A DNA stretch of 63,341 bases, filler included, from Candidatus Woesearchaeota archaeon CG1_02_57_44 (lineage in GTDB: Archaea > Nanobdellota > Nanobdellia > Woesearchaeales > CG1-02-57-44): assembly GCA_001871415.1 (NCBI GenBank). It is 4 parts of 4 records of this genome, joined end to end, with 100 filler letters (N's around TTAATTAATTAA, not from the genome) between each part and the next. Parts side by side here need not be neighbours in the genome. Positions count along the whole stretch, not along the records: positions 57,645 to 63,341 come from MNWW01000017.1; 3 more parts are not named here. One strand, given 5' to 3'. Positions 57,806 to 63,341 of the stretch are shown here, one piece after another (positions within the stretch are counted from its first letter, which is position 1; each line of letters begins with the position of its first letter). The position numbers and the translations under genes were made by a program. Under the pieces are notes generated by a model that saw only the letters and a list, made by a program, of their open reading frames with translations, did no database searches and had not been told where the DNA came from.

Positions 57806-59197
57806 ATGACTCCCGGGATCGGACTGGCTCAGGCATTGGGGCGGGTATTTCACAAGCTGCGGACAGGTCATCGGATGCTTGCGGAGTACGATGCTCCCTC
57901 CCGGGCATGGGGCGCTAACCTGATGCGCAGGCAGGATGAGACGCAATACTGGTGGGACGTGCGCGAGGCGAACAAGAGGAAAGGGCCGAAGGCTACCCAG
58001 CAATTGGCGTCTGCCACAAGGAATCTGGTCGATGCCATCAGGAAGGACCTCGACGATGCAGCGGAGGTTGTCAGGCAGGCCGACCAGCATCACAGGAGGC
58101 TTGAGAAGCTGCGCGAGAGATGCAGGGCCACAAGCAGTGATCTGCTCTCGCTTCGCTCAGGTCAATTGTTCAGGGACATGGTGGAGCAGGCGCAGAAAGC
58201 CAGCCACGCTGCGGGAAAGGCGCTCTCAGGCAGCGAGGATGAGATGCAAGAGCAGCAATTCTACATCCAGTCCCGGTTGAGGGCCATTGAGGCCGGGATC
58301 CAGGAGGCATCGCAGGCTGCGGGGGAGATCGCGAGTCAAGTCCGATCCATAGAGCGGGAGTTTGAGCAGGGCTGCGACAAGGTCGCGGTGGATCTGGCCG
58401 CAGAGTTGATAGCTGGTGTGAAGGCGCATCTACAGACATTCGCTTCGCAGCGCGATGAGAAGAGTATTCTATCTGCCTTTGAGGGTGTGCGAGGTGTGTG
58501 GGCGCACACAGGCCCATTGGTGAAGGCGATGCAGGACGCGGGGCCTGGGCTCAAGGAGGTCGACGGTATGTACCGTGCGGTCGAGCATCGCATGACCCGG
58601 CTCATAGCTGATGTCAATCACCTGCGCGCGCGTCTCGTCGGGATAAGGCACCTGGTGCGCGTCCTGCAGAAGAAGTCTGGCGTGATAGGTGACAGGATAA
58701 AGGTGCTTGATGCGTCGTATGAGAAGATGAGGCAGGAGGCTGACGCGCTGGGCAGCGCTCTTCAGGAATTGACTGGACTGGATGATGACGGTTCTGACAG
58801 GTCCGGGGCGGCATTCGATGACGCCCGCACGAGGATGTGGGACGCGCGCGGGGCATTCACAGTTTTTCCGCACGAGCTTGAAGCCTCAGCGAATCTTCTC
58901 TATGGACTGGATATGCGTATCCAGACAAGGGGGGGATTGACGCCCATGGGGTCGACATTCGATAGATTGGCTGATGAGGTCCACGGGTTCGCCGAGCAGT
59001 GTTCGCGGCTGACGGCAGACCTGTGCTATGGCGATAGTATAGGCCAGATAAATGCCCGGTCAAGGGGCGAGCCGGGCGGGCAGGGATATCAGCAGGCCTG
59101 TGCGGCCGCCCGGCAACGAGTTGGGCAAGCGCTGAGCGATGCAGACCGCCTGCACAAGATGGTCCGGGAAGCCCTTGAGCGGGATTGGCTGAGATAG
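57806..59197 (+). CDS. Hypothetical all-helical/coiled-coil protein
   Basis: AGGTGA SD; 463-aa ORF rich in A/E/R/Q/L. Confidence 0.7.
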   Translation: MTPGIGLAQALGRVFHKLRTGHRMLAEYDAPSRAWGANLMRRQDETQYWWDVREANKRKGPKATQQLASATRNLVDAIRKDLDDAAEVVRQADQHHRRLEKLRERCRATSSDLLSLRSGQLFRDMVEQAQKASHAAGKALSGSEDEMQEQQFYIQSRLRAIEAGIQEASQAAGEIASQVRSIEREFEQGCDKVAVDLAAELIAGVKAHLQTFASQRDEKSILSAFEGVRGVWAHTGPLVKAMQDAGPGLKEVDGMYRAVEHRMTRLIADVNHLRARLVGIRHLVRVLQKKSGVIGDRIKVLDASYEKMRQEADALGSALQELTGLDDDGSDRSGAAFDDARTRMWDARGAFTVFPHELEASANLLYGLDMRIQTRGGLTPMGSTFDRLADEVHGFAEQCSRLTADLCYGDSIGQINARSRGEPGGQGYQQACAAARQRVGQALSDADRLHKMVREALERDWLR

Positions 59198-59345
59198 CAA
59201 CTCCCCATCGGGCGTGTGTTCTGGTGCTGTGTCGATGCCCCCAATAGCTCAATAGGACGTAGCTGATGGGCCCCTCGGTTCTTGGGCCTGATTCTGGTTC
59301 AATTTGGGAATACACTCTTAAGGAAGTTAGGTGTACTATACTTTC

Positions 59346-60539
59346 ATGGAGAGCAATAGTCGCACTGCAAAGCTCATCGCCAGGCGACTGATGCTGGCAG
59401 CGCTACTCGGACTCCCTCTGCTCGGGCTATTCGGCTGCTCATTGCCGCAGAAGAAGGATCCTGCCAGGATAGCGGCAGCAGAGCCTGACACTCCCGGTGA
59501 TGTTGGCGTCGCTTATTTCGCGGGCGGCTGCTTCTGGTGCATGGAAGCGGGCTTTGAGGCGCAGCCCGGTGTCATCGGGGCGATCTCCGGCTATGCCGGA
59601 GGTGACGGGCCAGACCCGACCTATGAGCAGGTCTCGACCGGCACGACCGGCCACTATGAGGCGGTCATGGTGCGCTATGATACGACCAAGACCGACTATA
59701 CAAGGATGCTCGAGTCCTTCTTCATCCAGATAGACCCGACCGACCCTGGCGGGCAGTTCGCGGACCGCGGCAGCCAGTATGAGACCGCAATCTTCTACAC
59801 GGACGGGTCCCAGCGCCAGCAGGCCGAGGCCTATATCGCTGACGTGGTGGCCGGGAAGTACGGCAAGCCCATCGTGACCAAGCTGCTGCCCTTCACGAGC
59901 TTTTATCCGGCAGAGGAGTACCATCAGGACTACTACAGGAAGCAGCAGGGCCGCTACGATGCCTACAAGGTCGGCTCTGGCAGGGCCGCTGGCATCCATG
60001 AGAATGAGCAGCGCTACGCGGACGTTATGGCGCAGGTCCCTTCTGATGATGGGGCCGCAGACCCTGCCACGGGGGACAGCGCGGTGACTGACGAGAGCAG
60101 CGGTTACATGAAGCCATCGCAGGAGGAGCTGAAGATGAGACTGACCAAGATGCAATATGAAGTGACGCAGAACAATGGGACTGAGGCGCCGTTTCGCAAC
60201 GAGTACTGGGACAATCATGCCGAGGGCATCTACGTCGATGTCGTGTCAGGCGAGCCATTGTTCTCGTCCACTGACAAGTTCGACTCCGGCACGGGCTGGC
60301 CGTCATTCACCGGGCCAATAGACGATGCGAGCGTCGTGGAGCGAAAAGATGTCTCCAGCTTCATGGTCAGAACCGAGGTGCGAAGCAAGGACGCAGACTC
60401 GCATCTTGGTCATGTCTTTGACGACGGTCCCAAGCCCACAGGCCAGCGCTTCTGCATCAACTCGGCGGCGTTGCGCTTTGTCCCCAAGGACAGGATGCAG
60501 GCCGAGGGCTATGGCGAGTACCTGAAGCTGTTCGGATGA
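59346..60539 (+). CDS. msrAB: Bifunctional peptide-methionine sulfoxide reductase MsrA/MsrB with lipoprotein signal
   Basis: [22 protein letters not shown] (MsrA); [29 protein letters not shown] (MsrB); LFGC lipobox. Confidence 0.95.
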   Translation: MESNSRTAKLIARRLMLAALLGLPLLGLFGCSLPQKKDPARIAAAEPDTPGDVGVAYFAGGCFWCMEAGFEAQPGVIGAISGYAGGDGPDPTYEQVSTGTTGHYEAVMVRYDTTKTDYTRMLESFFIQIDPTDPGGQFADRGSQYETAIFYTDGSQRQQAEAYIADVVAGKYGKPIVTKLLPFTSFYPAEEYHQDYYRKQQGRYDAYKVGSGRAAGIHENEQRYADVMAQVPSDDGAADPATGDSAVTDESSGYMKPSQEELKMRLTKMQYEVTQNNGTEAPFRNEYWDNHAEGIYVDVVSGEPLFSSTDKFDSGTGWPSFTGPIDDASVVERKDVSSFMVRTEVRSKDADSHLGHVFDDGPKPTGQRFCINSAALRFVPKDRMQAEGYGEYLKLFG

Positions 60540-60719
60540 GGTATGGGCCTTCAGGCTCTGTCCTAAGAGTCCAGCCAGCAGCAATGGCGAAGGCTGATGT
60601 GTTGCATGGTGCGCATTGACAGGGGGATGCCCCCTTCGGGGCACTTCGTCACTATGTGGTAGTAAAATTTTATGTTTCTTTTTTGTGAAATTTTATCGAG
60701 GGTTTATGTGCAATGATTA

Positions 60720-61100
60720 TTATCCATCATCGTAGTTGCATCCCCATCTCTCAAGGTCTTTTCTGATGAATCTTTCTTGTGGGTCATATATTGCCATGAA
60801 GGCATTTTCTTCATCCCAGTTTCCAAAGGGCTTGATTGTTTCCTGTATCGAATTTTCCAGTTCTAGTTGTGATAATTTTTTTGGCATGTGAAAGAAGATG
60901 AAGATAATCGTGTTGTATACTTTTATTGTTGTGTCTATTAGGTCAAGTTCTGCTGCCTGTTTGTTTAATGCGTTTCTTAGTCTATCCCTTTCTTTTATAC
61001 TTTCGCCTTTTGTCTTGTGGACATATACGTTTCCACCTTGAGCCACGCCTCTATGGAATATGTATAGTGTTCTACCTTGCTTGTCAATCTCTTTTCTCAT
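60720..61100 (-). CDS. Hypothetical protein, possible degenerate IS200 TnpA (Y1) fold
   Basis: Low GC; pattern TK...RLR...FHMPKKLS...W...IRK.LE echoes TnpA, but HUH and catalytic Tyr are absent. Confidence 0.45.
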   Translation of the reverse strand: MRKEIDKQGRTLYIFHRGVAQGGNVYVHKTKGESIKERDRLRNALNKQAAELDLIDTTIKVYNTIIFIFFHMPKKLSQLELENSIQETIKPFGNWDEENAFMAIYDPQERFIRKDLERWGCNYDDG

Positions 61101-61429
61101 CTTGGTGCTCTATCGAATTTTGGTTTGCTCTTGAGACTTGGTTCTATCCTTTCATATTGTGAATTGTTTACATGGATGCAGCCTGATAGGTGGTCTGGAA
61201 TATATCCGAATGTATCTATGCCGATATGTGCAGTTATCAATGACATCAGGAAATAGGATTCATTGAGTTCAAATTTACTGTCGCTGACGTTCTTCTTGCA
61301 TTTTGGGCAGATCACTTCATCTTCAAACATTGCAGTGTTTGATGGATCATTTATTTTGTAGTACACTTTTCCAAGATTGACTTTTCTTGTTGTCTTGTTG
61401 CATTCTAAGCATTTGATGACAAGCTGCAT
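61097..61429 (-). CDS. Hypothetical Zn-finger protein
   Basis: CLEC...CPKC; GGTGA SD; ATGA overlap with the downstream gene. Confidence 0.7.
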   Translation of the reverse strand: MQLVIKCLECNKTTRKVNLGKVYYKINDPSNTAMFEDEVICPKCKKNVSDSKFELNESYFLMSLITAHIGIDTFGYIPDHLSGCIHVNNSQYERIEPSLKSKPKFDRAPR

Positions 61430-61602
61430 CTTTCATCACCCAAACGTGAGGAAGAATGGTGTTTCTTGAGTACTTTAATTTTTATGGCTCACAGGTCTCA
61501 TTTAGCACACTTATCTCATATTCAAATATAAATCTATTTATAATAAACTTTATATCCGAATATAAGAAGATTTATATATAAGTTTATATCAAAGTGTGAT
61601 TT

Positions 61603-63078
61603 ATGGACATTTTGGATATAAGGAAGCAGAATCCTTGGTGGGAGAGCAAGAGTCGTATAAATGAGGATCCGAAGATCAAGGATTATGATCTTGCGAAGCT
61701 TAAATGGAACCCGAGATTGAAAAAGTACATCTATCTTGACAAGAATGTGGTTTATAGCATCAGGGGACCAAGGCAGGTTGGTAAAACGACACTAATCAAG
61801 ATAATCATCAGAGAACTGCTGGAAAAGAACAACCAGATTAACATCATGTATTTTTCATGTGATCTGCTGAAGGATAACCTGGCGCTGAATGACCTGCTGA
61901 ATTCTTATCATTCATGGATACGGTCGCAGAATAATGACAGGATGTTCATCTTTCTTGACGAGATTTCTTCGGTGAAAGATTGGCAGAAGTCAATCAAGCT
62001 GTTCGTTGACCAGTATGGAAACAGCAACATTACGATGATCGTGACAGGTTCGCACACGATTGATATCAAGAATAGTACCGAGCGCCTGCCTGGTCGGGTG
62101 GGGGAAAAAGAACATGTTCCGACTCACAAGATATTCTTGCCAATGAAGTTTGCAGAGTACGTCCAGATGATTGATCCCAAATTGTATTCACAAATTCAAG
62201 AGCATAAGTTGGACGATGCAAAGGAACGAGCTAAGCAATTCATGACAATAGTTGAAGGGACGATACCTGAGTCTGCAAATAATCTGATCAGGATATTGCC
62301 AGAACTAGACATGCGGCTAGATGAATACTTGCTTACTGGCGGGATCATGATAGCCGTGAATGAGTATCATGAGCATAAGAGGATCAATGCGCAGATATAT
62401 GACATCTATATTCGGCATCTGATAGGAGACATTGCAAGGATAAACCGGGATGAAAAGACGGCCAAGCTGATTCTCGCAGCGATGTTGAAGCGTGTTGGTT
62501 CGACATTTAGCTGGAACAGTATCAAGAATGATTCTGGTATTGCATCACAGCCTACAGTTGATCAGTATGCAAATCTGCTGCAGAATATGTTCATACTAAA
62601 TATCCATTATAAGATTGAAACTGACGGGAAAGTAAAGCATGCGAGCGACAAGAAGGTCCACATTCTCAACCCATTCATATTCCATTCGCTCTATAGCTGG
62701 CTGATAAATCCTGCACAGGACCCATACCAATCGTCGATTGAATATATGTTGATGCCTGAGAACAAGTCGAAGCTGATCGAGTCTGTAGTCGGGGATCATC
62801 TGAATCGTGCGGCACACAACCTTAGGCCCTCTGACACGTTTGACCCGTCTAATTTCATATTCTACTTCAAGACGAATAAAGGTCATGAAGTGGATTTTGT
62901 GCTGAAAAGCCAGGATCAGCTTCTTGGGGTAGAGGTGAAATACCAGAATTCGATAAACTCAGGTGACTTCAGAGGGCTCAACACGCTTGGAAGGGGATGC
63001 ATGATAAGCAAGAAAGACCTGACCCAAAAAAACAAGGTGGCAGTGATACCAACGAGCTTATTCTTGATATACATATGA
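61603..63078 (+). CDS. AAA_14-type ATPase with DUF4143 / PD-(D/E)xK C-terminus
   Basis: QNPWW, GPRQVGKTT, FLDEI, VTGS, YLLTGG, EVDFV...VEVKY. Confidence 0.92.
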   Translation: MDILDIRKQNPWWESKSRINEDPKIKDYDLAKLKWNPRLKKYIYLDKNVVYSIRGPRQVGKTTLIKIIIRELLEKNNQINIMYFSCDLLKDNLALNDLLNSYHSWIRSQNNDRMFIFLDEISSVKDWQKSIKLFVDQYGNSNITMIVTGSHTIDIKNSTERLPGRVGEKEHVPTHKIFLPMKFAEYVQMIDPKLYSQIQEHKLDDAKERAKQFMTIVEGTIPESANNLIRILPELDMRLDEYLLTGGIMIAVNEYHEHKRINAQIYDIYIRHLIGDIARINRDEKTAKLILAAMLKRVGSTFSWNSIKNDSGIASQPTVDQYANLLQNMFILNIHYKIETDGKVKHASDKKVHILNPFIFHSLYSWLINPAQDPYQSSIEYMLMPENKSKLIESVVGDHLNRAAHNLRPSDTFDPSNFIFYFKTNKGHEVDFVLKSQDQLLGVEVKYQNSINSGDFRGLNTLGRGCMISKKDLTQKNKVAVIPTSLFLIYI

Positions 63079-63110
63079 ACGAATCAGAAGGATTACTCTT
63101 CTGTTTTTTC

Positions 63111-63246
63111 ATTGCAAAGCACGGGGTTGAATACCCCGTCCTTCAGGACGTGCTTTGCAATTCAAAAATCCGCCTGCAATGACGAGGCGCGGTAATACCG
63201 CGGCCTTCAGGCCGCGGTTAGCGCCGAGTGGCGGATTTTTGTTATT
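63111..63246 (-). repeat. Full 136-bp bipartite palindromic element, inverted
   Basis: Reverse complement of 57392-57527 with one substitution. Confidence 0.95.
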
Positions 63247-63341
63247 GAGATGCTTGGATAAATATGTATGTGCAAGAATCTGCATAGTACAGATGACACT
63301 AGTTGTGTAGAGAATGCTACCCGTGTTGGGTACTTTTCCGG

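Noticed and set aside
57806..59197. Methyl-accepting chemotaxis or ESCRT-like assignment for the helical protein
   Set aside because: Lacks the MCP hairpin signature; only generic coiled-coil character

Overview
Archaeal genome fragment, most consistent with a DPANN/Woesearchaeota-like lineage (inferred from TFB, aIF2-alpha, Spt5, SecE, GINS, L37e/L44e/S6e/S27e, TATA boxes and GAGGTGA Shine-Dalgarno sites). It is a concatenation of four contigs joined by artificial 100-nt N-TTAATTAATTAA-N linkers (25778-25877, 51496-51595, 57545-57644). Contig 1 carries a complete bacterial-type shikimate/Phe/Tyr operon (aroF, aroB-CM, aroD-aroE, aroA, aroK, aroC, tyrA-pheA) followed by pheS-pheT. The main finding lies upstream of this operon: a TATA-driven, apparently leaderless 20-codon ORF, MNATATQALFFGQSYFYFRS (19265-19327, minus strand, absent from the ORF track). 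It is followed by mutually exclusive RNA helices and a U-tract, making it a candidate ribosome-dependent Phe/Tyr attenuator in an archaeon. Other points of note are a 136-bp two-hairpin repeat at three independent loci and a surface-protein cluster of three paralogous lipoproteins plus a large protein ending in an RlpA/DPBB-like domain. The window also has three related coiled-coil genes divergent from a PRC-barrel gene, an AsnB-like/MGMT fusion, and a frameshifted IS481 beside an inverted rpl44e. Low-GC accessory islands carry XRE-IrrE + PIN, an integrase relic, a possible dead TnpA-fold protein and an AAA ATPase. All assignments come from motif recognition by eye; no database searches were run.
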